Shown piece after piece: positions 10,697 to 22,440 of a stretch of DNA of 38,332 nt. The first letter of the stretch is position 1. Every line of letters begins with the position of its first letter. The stretch is from a virus (lineage: Duplodnaviria > Caudoviricetes): positions 1 through 38,332 of IMG/VR virus record IMGVR_UViG_3300005077_000047. One strand, written 5' to 3'. Both the position numbers and the translations under genes were made by a program. The notes under the pieces were generated by a model. It was not told where the DNA came from. It ran no database searches and saw nothing but the letters and a program-made list of their open reading frames with translations.

Positions 10697-12838
10697 ATGA
10701 AATTGAACAAAGGACATTTTTTTCTAATTAAAGAAAATGAAAGATCTCAACTTATTAAAGAGTTAAGTGCAGAAGAACTAGTTCAAAATCAAGGTAGTGA
10801 TGCAGAAAATATTGATAATAAGGGACAAATAGTTCAACATTCTGTTGGAATCATTTCATGAAATAACAGAAATAACCTTATAGTATTAAGAACGAAATCT
10901 GTTTCTAGAAATCCATTAAATCACAGAGTTCGTATTTTGTTTGATTCTATGTCAGACTTAAAAAAATCTATTTCTAAAGGTGAAATAAATACTTCAGACC
11001 CAACAATTCTAAGAGAAGTTATTCAAAAAGTAATAAGAGGTGACATTAAGATTCATTGTGAATGTGAAAGTTATAAATATTATCGCTCTTATCAACTTAC
11101 ACAACTAGACAGTGCAATAGTTCCAGAACCAAGACCGCCGAAAAGAAACGATCCAAAATTAACTAGATCTCATCTATGTCACCATCTTCTTGCGGCACTA
11201 AGATATCTTATGAGATTCGAACAACATATTATAGAATATCTTATGAAAAACGACGAAATGCTACAACCAGAACAAATAAAAAAAGCTCCAACTGGAGAAA
11301 TAGAAGTTGGAGTAGAATCTGCTATCGCTAAACAGCTTGGAGATTTGATCGACACTTGAGCAAATAGTATAGGTCAAGCTTTAGATGATATGTCAATTTC
11401 AAGAAAATTATCAGATGGAATTAAAAATATTCTTAAGAAAAGAAGACTTAGAGTTGAAAAATTTATCAAAGAAGATGTTGATCCGTATAAACTAAGAGCA
11501 ACTATAGATCAATTTATTCAATATGTTGTGGATAATTTTGTTCCAAGGGGAGATAGAGAATCAGTTTCGAAAGAAATGTTAGATTTTATTGAATCAACTA
11601 TAGGACCACAAGAAGAAGAGGAAGAAGAATTACAACCTCAAGAAGAAAATCAACCTGAAGAAGAACAAGAAGAGGATCTTCTAAAACCTGAGAATTTCTT
11701 AAGAAATAGAATTGATATTCTAAATGAAGGAGTTAATACAACAAAAGAATATTTACTTAAAACCGTTGGTGAAGATAGATATGAAGAAATTTTCAGAAAA
11801 GTTTTATCAATAGATCCAACAAAACAAAAAAAATATTCAGATTGAATTGCTAGACAATATGTAAATACAATGGGCGAAATAGGCAATCTTGCAACAATAA
11901 TAAAACAATACGACGAACTCAATAGAAGAAACTTAGTTCCAGTTGAATATAGAGATATTAACAAATTAGAAGATATTGAATTTTTAGAAGATGTTGTTTA
12001 TCAAATTACGAGCAAAGATAAAAAAGTTAGAAATACTTCTGCAGAAGAAGAACAAATAATGAATAAAGAATCTAAAGTTATCGTAAATCAACCAGATTTT
12101 AAAGTTATCATGCCTCTTACTCATAAAGCGTGATGTTATTGAGTTCCTAAATTATGATGTACTTCTCATAATACTCCAAAGGGTGTAGAAGCTTTTGAAA
12201 TGGGAGAAAATATGGGAGTTAAAAATTGAATCATTATGGATGATTCAAATAAAAAAGATAGATATACTAGAGTTGCAATCTCCATGTATGGAAGAAAAAT
12301 GCCACCCCCTCCATCCGAAGAAGAATTTAGACAACACTTAAGAACTCAACAAGATAGATTGAGACAACAAGGACATACAGAAGAAGAAGTTCTTGCTCAT
12401 TATCAAACATATGTTTTTCCAAGAAATCTTCCATATGTTCAATTTGAAGTTACTTTCAAAGATAATACTGGATCGATGTTGTTTGATACTTTAGATAATG
12501 TTCTTAAGGAATTACAGTCACATACGAATAAAAAATTAGAAAAAAGTTGATTTCAATCTTCTTTAAGAGAGAATAGAATTTTTAGATTAGATGAATCTAA
12601 GAAAAATGCTTATGAAAAGTATGTAAAAACTAAACAAATTGATAATGCTACTTGAAATTATCTTTTACAATTTGATCCTTCTAATAATTTTCAATATATT
12701 GAAAAAATATGTGAATTTTATCTTGAGAAATTTGGAAAAAGATCGGCTATTATGGGAAATTATCGAAATATGCCAATAATTGCAGCAGAAGACAATCGTT
12801 TTTTTTGAGAAACTTTCAGATGCTATTCGAATCTTTAA
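10697..12838 (+). CDS. Multi-module protein (713 aa): SWIM-type Zn finger module, acidic linker, 'DP..KY...WC' module, start of duplicated module
   Basis: Track ORFs 10937, 11390, 11870 and 12236 share one frame joined by TGA; HCECESY...LCHHLLAAL fits the SWIM CxC..CxH pattern; ends at TAA 12836-12838 after a T8 run. Confidence 0.75.
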
Positions 12839-13317
12839 CGAATATCTTCAAAGAAAAGTTCCTTTAACTCCTGAAGAAAAAAATATTTATAATTAAATCT
12901 TTTAAACAATTTATGAGTGTAGTTAATAAATATCGTGATTATGAATCAAACACTCAAAAAGCTAAAGCTGCAAAAGCAGAAGGTGCACCCTGAAAAATAG
13001 TTCATATAACTTCTTTAAAACAAGCTATGGAACTTGGATCAGGAAGTAAATGATGTATTTCTGCAAGAGAGAATAATCAATATTTTCATTATCGCTATGA
13101 AGAAGAAGAATGTTTTTATTTCCTGATAAAAGGAATGAAAAAATTTATTTTAGCCTTTTTGCCAGAGATGACTACTAAAGATGGAAAATATTTATACAAA
13201 ATAACGGATCAAAATGATAAAGAAATAGAAAGAGGAAAAGATTATAATAAATCTCCAATTCTCACTCAATGAGGATTAAATGAGAAAGAATTTCCATACA
13301 TTGGAAAACTTAATGAA
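12593..13317 (+). repeat. Duplicated module, copy 1 (two frameshifts relative to copy 2)
   Basis: Near-identical stretches with 16272-16979, e.g. GATCCTTCTAATAATTTTCA, GAATATCTTCAAAGAAAAGTTCCTTTAACTCC and GATTATGAATCAAACACTCAAAAAGCTAAAGCTGCAAAAGC. Confidence 0.9.
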
Positions 13318-13704
13318 GTAGAATTATATGAATACGAAAAATGAATGTTGATAAAAATGGATGAAATTATAAAAGATAATCAGCGAGATAAATCAAATTT
13401 TTCAGCACAAATTGAAGAAATTTATAGTAATTGTTTAGATAGTTTTTACGAGAATTATGAAGATGAATTTAACAAAGATTATCAAGATGAAGAAGATGAT
13501 AAACTTAACGATAGCGAACGCGAACAAATGATTCATAATTTTACTGTAGATTTTATTGATTTTTTTAAACGTACACTAGTAGAAGAGTTAGCACAAGATT
13601 TAACGGAATTATGTATGCAATTTGATTCATTCTTTAAAAAACTCAATATAATTATTAGTAGAGTTCGCAAAGAATTTGTATTTCGTTTAGAAAGAAATTT
13701 ATAA
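12913..13704 (+). CDS. C-terminal part of duplicated module plus acidic helical module (263 aa; possibly a frameshifted continuation of the 10697 gene)
   Basis: Open with TGA=W: MSVVNKYRDYESNTQKAK...ELGSGSKWCISA...KLNE then track ORF 13345. The start is uncertain. Confidence 0.6.
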
Positions 13705-13722
13705 CAAAGGAAAAAATAAAAA

Positions 13723-14286
13723 ATGATTTCTCAAAAAAAACAACAACATATTCTTGAGTCAGTTAGACCACAGATCAATACAATAGTCAAAAGAATAATT
13801 GGAGAAGCTTTTGACTTCATGGACGATATGCCAGAAAGAGACAAAGTTAACGGTCCAGATCCTTCAGCCATGAATCCAGGAGAAGAAGTTCTCGTTCAAG
13901 CTATAAAAGAATATTGTAATCAAACTGGAAAATCTATGTATTTCAAAGATTTTCAAGATATTTTAATTGGTATCGTAAGAGCTTATGATACTACAGATAA
14001 AATTGCTCAACTTAAAAAGATGGTAGGCGCGGTCGCTAACGATGAAGCTGAAGAAAGATTCAAAGAACCAGAACAACCAGATTTAGAAGATAATGATCTG
14101 AATGATTTTGGTTCTGAAGATGACGATTTAGCGTTTGGATCAGATGATGAGAGCGAATTTCAAAGCGAAGAGGGTGGAGAAGATGAATTTGTAGCCGATC
14201 AACCCAATCCAGAAGGAGAAGAAGAATTTGATACGGAGGGTGCAGAACAAAAGATGCAGAAAAAGAAAGAAAATTTATCTCTTTAA
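13723..14286 (+). CDS. Acidic hypothetical protein, probable head/prohead-associated (187 aa)
   Basis: Track ORF with AAGGA RBS; ILE/IIGE sites near the N-terminus and a D/E-rich C-terminus. Confidence 0.75.
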   Translation: MISQKKQQHILESVRPQINTIVKRIIGEAFDFMDDMPERDKVNGPDPSAMNPGEEVLVQAIKEYCNQTGKSMYFKDFQDILIGIVRAYDTTDKIAQLKKMVGAVANDEAEERFKEPEQPDLEDNDLNDFGSEDDDLAFGSDDESEFQSEEGGEDEFVADQPNPEGEEEFDTEGAEQKMQKKKENLSL

Positions 14287-14309
14287 GAAATAATTTAAGG
14301 TATTAAACA

Positions 14310-14513
14310 ATGAATATTCAAAAATTAGTAGAATCTCTATCTAAGAATGAAGCTATCATAAAAGAGTTTCAAGATAAGGGATTTATATCTGAAGAGTTGA
14401 GTCGTTCAGATATCGAAATTATAAAGAGACTTATCATTTCTGGTGTTGAGGGCATTTTAACGAATTTGTTCCTCAGACGCAATATTGCAACACAAGGAAT
14501 CATATGAAGATAG
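14310..14513 (+). CDS. Small hypothetical protein upstream of terminase (67 aa)
   Basis: Track ORF extended by W-R to TAG 14511-14513. Confidence 0.7.
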
Positions 14514-14535
14514 TATGATAAAAGAAGAAATTTAA

Positions 14536-16224
14536 ATGAGTACTAAAAACAAAAACATAGTCTTAACTCCAGAACAATTATTTGTTATCAAAGAAAGGGA
14601 GAAATGTAAGAAAAATGTAATATATTTTCTTGAGAAATATACTAAAGTTTTAACTGAATCTGACGAACCTCAACCGTTTAAACTATATGATTTTCAAAAA
14701 GAAAAATGTATTATGCCTTTTCTTAAATATGATACAGTCGCTATAGCAAAAGGAAGACAAACCGGAGTTTCTACTATTGTTGCTGGTTATGCTTTATGAA
14801 AAATGTGTTTTGTTGAAAATTTCTTAGTTGTTTGTTTAGCTATAGATAAAGATACTGCACAAAATATTATTGAAAAGGTTCAGTTAATGATTGACAACGT
14901 TCCATCTTGACTAATGCCAAAACAAACAATGAAAAATAAACAATCAGTTGGATTCAAAAATAAATCTAAGATTATTGCTTTAGCAAGAGGTGGAAAGAAA
15001 GGACGTTCTTATTCTCCTAAACTTCTTATCTTTGACGAAGCAGCATTCATAGATGATGCTGAAACACTATTCGTAGCATCTTCTCCAGGACTAGCAAAAA
15101 CAAGAGGACAATTTATTGCAATTTCTACTCCAAATGGTGTAGGTAATTGATTCTATAGAATTATTCATGAAGCACCAGAAAATGGTTTTCATACAGAAAA
15201 TATTTATTGATATGAGATGCCAGATAGAGATGAAGCTTGAAGAGTAAAAGAACTCGCAAGACTTGGACCAAAAATGTTTGGTCAAGAATATAATATCGAC
15301 TGATTACAATCAGGTAATACAGTAATAGATATAGATGATATTTTATGACAAGAAAAAAATAATATAAAAGATGCTGAACAGATGTTAAATGTTAGCGATC
15401 CGGATCACGCTATTAAAATGCTTAATAGAGATAAAGAACTTTGAATTTGAGAAAATCCTATTCCCGGAAGATCTTATGTAGTTTCTTGTGACGTTTCTAG
15501 AGGAGATGGATCTGATTATTCGGCTATGTCTATATGAAAATTACCAACAGAAGAAGATGTTTCTGTAAATAGAGGACCGGAAGAAGTTGCTGAATTCAGA
15601 GGTAAAATTAAAACAGATGATTATGGTAAGTTAGTAAATATTATGGGATTAACTTATAATAATGCTCTAGTTATCGTAGAAAATACTGGTGGATTAGGTA
15701 TTGCTACTCTCAACGTTTTAGTTGAAAAAGATTATCCTAACTTATATTTTACTGATAAAGCTTCTAAACAAATAACTTTCGATGAAAGCGTTAACTTAGA
15801 ATCTTCTACTATTGTTCCAGGATTTTCAACAAACTTAAAAACTAGACCGCTTTTAGCTGACGCGACAGAAGCTGCTTGAAGAAGTAAACAGTATATAATT
15901 AGAAGTAAAAGGATGTTAAGTGAAGCTAAAACTTGAATTTGAAGAGATGGTAGACCGGATCATGAAGAAGGTTGTCATGATGACTTAATTATGTCAAGCG
16001 GTTTTTTCTTTTATTTATATCAAACATCTCTTCGACGTCAGGGAGTAGCAAATGATAAGTTTATAGGAGCATTAAACTTAGTTTTCGAAAGCAAAGAAAG
16101 AAAAAATGAAAATCTTCTAGAGTTAAAGAGAGTTGGACAAAAACAAAATAATGGTTGACAACTAAATTACGGCGGTGATGATAAACAAGATACATGAAAT
16201 TTAGCGGAGATGATAGATAGATAA
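14536..16224 (+). CDS. terL: Terminase large subunit (T4 gp17-like), 562 aa
   Basis: FKLYDFQ, KGRQTGVST, Walker B LLIFDEAAF, ISTPNGVGNWFY, nuclease motifs CDVSRGDGSDYS, VIVENTGG and HDDLIMS; one frame joined by TGA. Confidence 0.96.
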
Positions 16225-17300
16225 TGAAAAAATTAAGAAAAATTATAGAAGAAGAATACAATTTACTTTTTGAAAGTAAAAGAAGTGCTTATGAAAAGTA
16301 TGTGAAAACTAATTTAATTCCAATAAATATGATGAATATACTTCTTAATTTAGATCCTTCTAATAATTTTCAGTACATTGAAAAAATATGTCAATTTTTT
16401 CTTGAGTTATTACACGATAAATATGATAAAAAAGATTTTAATGATGCAATGCGTTATGAATGAACAGCTGGAACTGAAGAAAAAATTGGAGATGCTTTCA
16501 GAATTTTTAATGAATATCTTCAAAGAAAAGTTCCTTTAACTCCAGAAGAAAAAAACATTTATAATTATAAAAATTGAGACCAATTTATAGATGTAATTAA
16601 CAAATATAGAGATTATGAATCAAACACTCAAAAAGCTAAAGCTGCAAAAGCGGAAGGAGCTCCATGAGAAATAGTTCACGTAAATTATCGTGCATTAGCT
16701 AAAGAATTAGGGGCTGGAACTAAATGATGTATTTCTGCTAAAAATAATAATCTATATTTTCACTATAGACTTGACAGAGGCGAATGTTTTTATTTCTTAA
16801 TAAAAGGAATGAAAAAATATATTTTAGCTATTTTGTCAAATGAAGGGCAATATAAAATCACAAATCAGCAAGATACTGAAATTGAAAGCGGTGATGATTA
16901 TCATGAGTCTCCTCTTTTAATTGAATGAGGGTTGAACAATAAAAAATTTCCATACATCGAAGACCTTAGTATCAATGAAAAACATGAATTAGCTCAATCT
17001 GAACGTAATATCAATAACATTGATATAAAATCTGACTTATTTGGAGAAAAAAGTGATTTAGTATCAATTGAAAAAGAATTGCGAAAGAAAAAAGTATACG
17101 GCGATATTAATGAAAAAGACATTGAATATGCTAGTTATGAATTATATCATAATTTAATAAGCTGATATGGTAATATCATTGGTTTAGATATTTTAGATGA
17201 AACTAATGAATATAGTGAAAGATTAGCAAAATTAATTTCGCGTACAGTTCGTACATATCAAAATTTATGATCAAGCATATATTTATCTAATGATAGATAA
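16224..17300 (+). CDS. Leader + intact duplicated 'GTKWC' module + helical module (358 aa), between terminase and portal
   Basis: TAATG overlap with terL; MKKLRKIIEEEYNLLFE-SKRSAYEKYVKT...DPSNNFQYIEKIC...LGAGTKWCISA...SINE. Confidence 0.8.
16272..16979 (+). repeat. Duplicated module, copy 2 (intact)
   Basis: Paralog of 12593-13317. Confidence 0.9.
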
Positions 17301-17338
17301 GATTTTGCTATATAACCAACAAAATTAGGAATAATTAA

Positions 17339-19252
17339 ATGGCAAGAACATTTAGACCAAAAAGAATAGAAGATGAAAATGAAGTTGTAAAAGATGTGCA
17401 TGCAGAAGCACCAACTTCTAATCGTTTTCGAAATTATGCTAGACAAGCAGAAACTTTTAATGACATGGGTCTTACTAATCAAAGATTATCTAGATCTAGA
17501 ATTCAAAGACAATCTCTTCAAAGTGGTCAGCGTGTAGACGGTGAAGAAAGAAATATTACAATAAAAAGAGAAGAATCAATGTTTCAACATCTATTTAAGA
17601 TGTTGATTGGTCAAAGTTTATTACCCGATTTTGATGAATATGCTGGGAAGAAGTTGAGTTATGGTCAAAAGAAAAAGATAGCTAAGTGAGAAGAGTATTT
17701 CAAAAAAATACAAAACATGACTTACTATGGAGTTATGAATAATGAGGGTGATAGAAGATTACGTTACATGGAATATGACAGAATGGAATGAATGACTCCA
17801 GAAGTAGGAAGAGCTTTAGACGTATTAGCAGCAGATTCTACAATAAAAAATGAAGAAAACAATGTCATAACAATAGTTTCAGAAAACGAAAAACTTAAAG
17901 AAGAATTAGAAATTCTTTTCTATGATATTTTAGATCTAAACTCTCAAGCGTTCTGAATGGTTAGAGACATGATAAAATATGGTGATTCTTTTTGAACGAA
18001 TCACATAGATACAAAGAATGGATTTAGAAAAATACTTCCAGCTCCAGTTGAACAATGTGAAAGAGAAGTTGGATATGATGAAACTAACCCACTAGCTTAT
18101 CGATTTAGAATAGCTGGATTGGGTACTGATTATCTTATGCCATACGAAGTTTCTCATTTTAGATTAAGAAGTTCTGTTGATTTTGGTGAATATGGTAAAT
18201 CTGTTTTAGAAAATGGAAGAAGAATCTGAAGACAACTTATTACTATAGAAGATTCTATGCTTATCTATCGTTTAGTAAGAGCTCCAGAAAGACGTATTTT
18301 CTATTTTGATGTTGGTAATTTGGGCCCAAATGAAGTTGAAAATGCAGTAAACAGATTTGCTGCTACAATGAAAAAAGATAGAATATTTAGTGATAATGGT
18401 GAAATCGACTATAGAATGGGACTTAATTCGATTGATGAAGATATCATAATCCCAACAAGAGGAGAAAAATCTTCTACAAAAATCGAAACTCTTCCATCTA
18501 CACAATGATCAGCAATTGATGACGTTAAATACATTTTACAAAAATTCATTACGGCTTTGGGTGTTCCAAACGCTTATCTTGGATATGAAGAAGCTTTAAA
18601 TTCAAAAGCAACTCTCGGAAATGAAGATATCAGATATGCTAAATATGTAGAAAGAATTCAAGCTTCATTTTTAGAAACTTTGTATGACATAGCTTTAATT
18701 CACCTCTATATTAAAGGTTTCAAAACAGTAGATCTTAAAAGTTTTGAACTTCACCTATCAAATCCTTCTCATATTAACGAACTTCAAGAACTTGAGATTA
18801 TTCAAGCTCGTTTAGATTTATACATTAATGCTAAAGAATCTGGTGCTTTCTCTACTTATTATCTCTATAAAAACATATTAAAGTTGTCAGATGATGAAAT
18901 AGAAGAAGAAGAAAATCTTAAACTCAGAGATGGTATTTACCAATTCTGTATTGCGAATTCTCAACAGGGTGTATTCCTTACCGTTAAAGACGTTTTGGAT
19001 TACAATAAAAAAGAAGCTAAAGCTGTTCAAGCCGCTGGAGATGAGCTCGGCGGAGGAATGGGTGGAGGAGGATTTGGTGGAGATATGGGAGGAGGCGGAC
19101 TTCCGGGAGAATCTCCAGAAGAATTTGGCGATGAGATGGGTGCTGAAGGCGGCGAAGATATTGGAGGAATGAATCCAGAACAAGTTAGCGATCAAACTGG
19201 ATTAGATGTACCAGAAGAAATTTCTTCACCCGATTTAGAGAAGGAAGAATAA
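17339..19252 (+). CDS. Portal protein (T4 gp20-like), 637 aa
   Basis: YGKSVLENGRRIWRQLITIEDSMLIYRLVRAPERRIFYFDVGNL, EDIIIPTRG, IDDVKY, ALGVP, EDIRYAKYVERIQ. Confidence 0.96.
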
Positions 19253-19255
19253 GAA

Positions 19256-20212
19256 ATGAATGATTGACTTAAACAAAGAATAAATCGTTTAAATGAAAGT
19301 AAAATGTCTAATTTTAATAGATGAAAACGTGATATGCAAAGAAAACTTGAAACATTAAAAGACAGAGGTGTTGATGTTTCTGAGCAAGAAGCAGCTGTTA
19401 ATAGTGTAAATATAAATTCTAGAAAAGATGCTGTTGATGTAATAACTAGTGCAATTAATAATTTTTTTGATAGACATAGTGAATCACAACAACAAGATCA
19501 AGGACAAGATGAAGAACAGAATCAAGGACAAGATCAGAATGACACATCATTAGAAATAGATAAAAAAGAAGTAATTGAAAAAATAAAAGTTTGTATTCAT
19601 GATTTATCTTTATATTTGTCTATGGGAGATGAAGGAAATGCTCAAAAAATAGAAAAATGTTTTGTTGAATATTTAAGTCCAATTATTAATGAAAATAATT
19701 TGAGAATAAACGAATCTCTTTTTTCAAATATTCTTGGAGGAGATATATCATCTCTTTTTAGTGCGTTAACTTCAGTTTTTTCTGGAGGATCTTTGATAGC
19801 TAAATCAATTTTTTCGACTGGTGGTGATATTTTTAAGACGGCCAACGATACGTGAGGCAAGAAACCAACTAATAAATTAGAACAACAAGAACAAAATTTA
19901 CGAAAAAATATTAATGGCGTTAAAAGACAAATTATGTTATTAGAATCACTAATTTTTTCGCTACATGAAGATAAGGATCAGATAGAAAAGACTTGAAAAG
20001 CATTTAAAAGAGGACCGTATCAACGCTTTTTAACAGAAATGGAACAAGCTGTTGAACAATATCAAGAGATCATTGATTTAATTAAGAGCGGAAAAGAAAA
20101 AGAAGCGAGAAAAATAATAAAAGATTTGCTAAACAAAACATCTAGTCAACAATCTCAACAACCAAAAACAACAACACAAAATAATAATCAATCAAATGAA
20201 GATACAATATAA
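19256..20212 (+). CDS. Hypothetical helical protein (318 aa)
   Basis: MNDWLKQRINRLNES...; open to TAA 20210-20212 with TGA=W; Q/D-rich low-complexity patch; LNE/INE sites. Confidence 0.75.
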
Positions 20213-20253
20213 GAAAATAATACAATTATCCATTTAGTTGATTTGTTTTTCAA

Positions 20254-20261
20254 TATATATT
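20254..20261 (+). promoter_or_regulatory. TATATATT putative promoter
   Basis: Intergenic copy of the recurrent motif. Confidence 0.5.
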
Positions 20262-20293
20262 TTTAACTAATGAAAAATTGGAGTGTAAAATAA

Positions 20294-21169
20294 ATGAATC
20301 ATAACAAAAATACAAACGTTTCACTTGTTTATCAAGCTTTACTACAAATAGTGGCAGAAGCTGTAATAACAGAAAGTACGAAATCTTTAAGAGATGCTAG
20401 TGTTGCTAAGAAAATTATCAAAAATTATTTCATTCCAGGCACTTCTCTTAAAAATTATATCGATATAAGTGAAGCGATTATAAATTCTAAGATGATAGAT
20501 GAAAAAAAAGAAACAGCTTTCAGATATCTCGAAGAAGTTGAATCTTTTATTCAAATTAAAAGATGAAAAAATTATACAAAAGAGAAAATCGATTTTTTAA
20601 AAGAGACTAAAAAATTCTTCAACTTAGAAGAATTAACAAATCGTTCTTTTCCCAACTACAAATTGATAGCTTCTACTCATCTATTTATCGAAAGTTGTAT
20701 TGGAGAAAAATCAATTCATAAATTAGATGATAAAGTCAAAATTTGTTTTACTCTAATAGAAAGACTCTTAAATAGAGATGATTTTGCTCTTAGAAGATCA
20801 CAATTATCTGACTTTTTAAAAGAGAATAAAATAGACAAATATACTATTCTTCTTGCAACAAACGAATTTAAGAAAAAACTAAGTAATCTTAAAGAATCAC
20901 ATAGAGAAATAGTTTCTATGTTTTTAGTAGAAAACGATCCAATCGTTCTTTCAAGATTTTTATCTACAAAAATAAAGAATTATTTGATTGAACTTAGAAA
21001 GTATTTCAATGAAATTGAAGATAAAGACTTAAAAGAAAAAATTTCTTTAGTTATTTCTAACTTAAGTGATTATAGAAATGAAGTTCCAAAAGAAAAACTA
21101 GAAGAAATAGCAGAAAAACTTATAGATGTAATTGATCTCTTTGACATACTAAAAGAAAACATAAATTAA
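20294..21169 (+). CDS. Hypothetical head-module protein (291 aa)
   Basis: Track ORFs 20294 and 20663 joined by one TGA; GGAG RBS; lies between portal and protease. Confidence 0.8.
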
Positions 21170-21191
21170 ATAAAATTAAAAGAGAATAACC

Positions 21192-21647
21192 ATGAATTTG
21201 AAAGAAGAAAAAATGTCAGATTCACATATACCAACTATTCTAACGAAAGATGATTTAATTATTAATATGTTGTTAGCTGAAATAAAATCAATGAAAAATG
21301 ATATAGATGAAATCAAAAATGGAATTCATTCTCACTGCGAAGCTTTTCAAGCTTTTAGATTAGATATGTCAAAGTTTTCGAATATAGATATAAAAGCGTT
21401 AAATAATCTTTTAGCGATCGATTCAAAATCTATAGTAGAAACCATTCATTCTGTAAATACTTTGAATAACATTAATAAAATAGTTTTACCAATTTTATTA
21501 ACAATTGTTTTTGGATTAACTTTTTTGGGATTGAAACAGTACGTACACTCAGGTTCAGCAACAGTACAATCCATAAAACCAATTTCTCAATTGGTAATTG
21601 AAAAACAAGAGAAAAATAACGAATGAGAGAATTTAATAAGGAATTAG
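21192..21647 (+). CDS. Coiled-coil + single transmembrane helix protein (151 aa)
   Basis: Hydrophobic stretch IVLPILLTIVFGLTFLGL after a heptad region; extends through TGA 21624-21626 to TAG 21645-21647. Confidence 0.7.
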
Positions 21648-22438
21648 TTTTTATGGAGCAAAAAATAAACGAAATAGAAAAATTATTAAAACAAAGAGTT
21701 GACGCGTTATCTTTAGTAAAATTGTTTTTAAGTCATGTTTCTTCTTCTATAGTAATGTTAGATAAAAATCTAAATTTGTTATTGTGATCTAGAAAATTTG
21801 CACAAGAATTCTTCAAACAAAATTTAACAGATTTTCAAGGTAAACCATTAAAAGAAGTTGCTCCATCTGTTTATAACGCTCTTCAAAACAAAAACGTGTT
21901 AAAATTGTCTTTAGATGGAGAAGATTTTGAAGGATTTATAGGAATAAATGGAGATAGAAGATTTTTTTCTTATTCTGTTTCTCCTTGAATTAAAGAAGGT
22001 TCTGTTTGTGGCATAATTGCATCATTTAATAACATAACATCAGAAAAAATATTAAAAGATAAATTAGGAATATATGAGTCTAGATTAAACTTAATTTCAT
22101 CTTTAGCAGAAGAGGGTATTTGAATAATAGATGAAAACGAAGACACTGTTGCTGTTAATGAAAAACTTTGTGAAATTTTAGAAATAAATCAAGAAGATAT
22201 TATTGGAAAAAAGATATACGAATTTGCGGCAGATGAAAATTGAATTTCTAATGCAAGAGAAAAAGTTAAAAATAGAAAAAGTGGAGTTTCTGAAGTTCAT
22301 GATTTTATGTTTAAAACAAAAACTGGATTTGTATTATGTGAAATAAGAACTTCTCCACTATTTTCAGATAATAATGCTTATATTGGAGCTATAGCTTTAA
22401 TATCTAAAATTAAAATAAAAACGACAGAGGAAAACTAA
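21623..22438 (+). CDS. Stand-alone tandem PAS-domain protein (271 aa)
   Basis: Absent from the track. PAS1: SIVMLDKNLNLLLWSRKF...FQGKPLKEV...SVSPW...GIIASFNNIT. PAS2: EGIWIIDENEDTVAVNEKLCEILEINQEDIIGKKIYEF...TSPLFSDNNAYIGAIALI. No output domain. Confidence 0.85.
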
Positions 22439-22440
22439 AA

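Noticed and set aside
14745-14780. Terminase Walker A lacking the canonical GKT (KGRQTGVST)
   Set aside because: All other ATPase and nuclease motifs are intact and deviant Walker A motifs are common in large terminases, so this is not evidence of inactivation.
19485-19545. Imperfect CAAGATCAAGGACAAGAT-type tandem repeat
   Set aside because: It encodes a short Q/D/G low-complexity linker and is not a separate DNA element.
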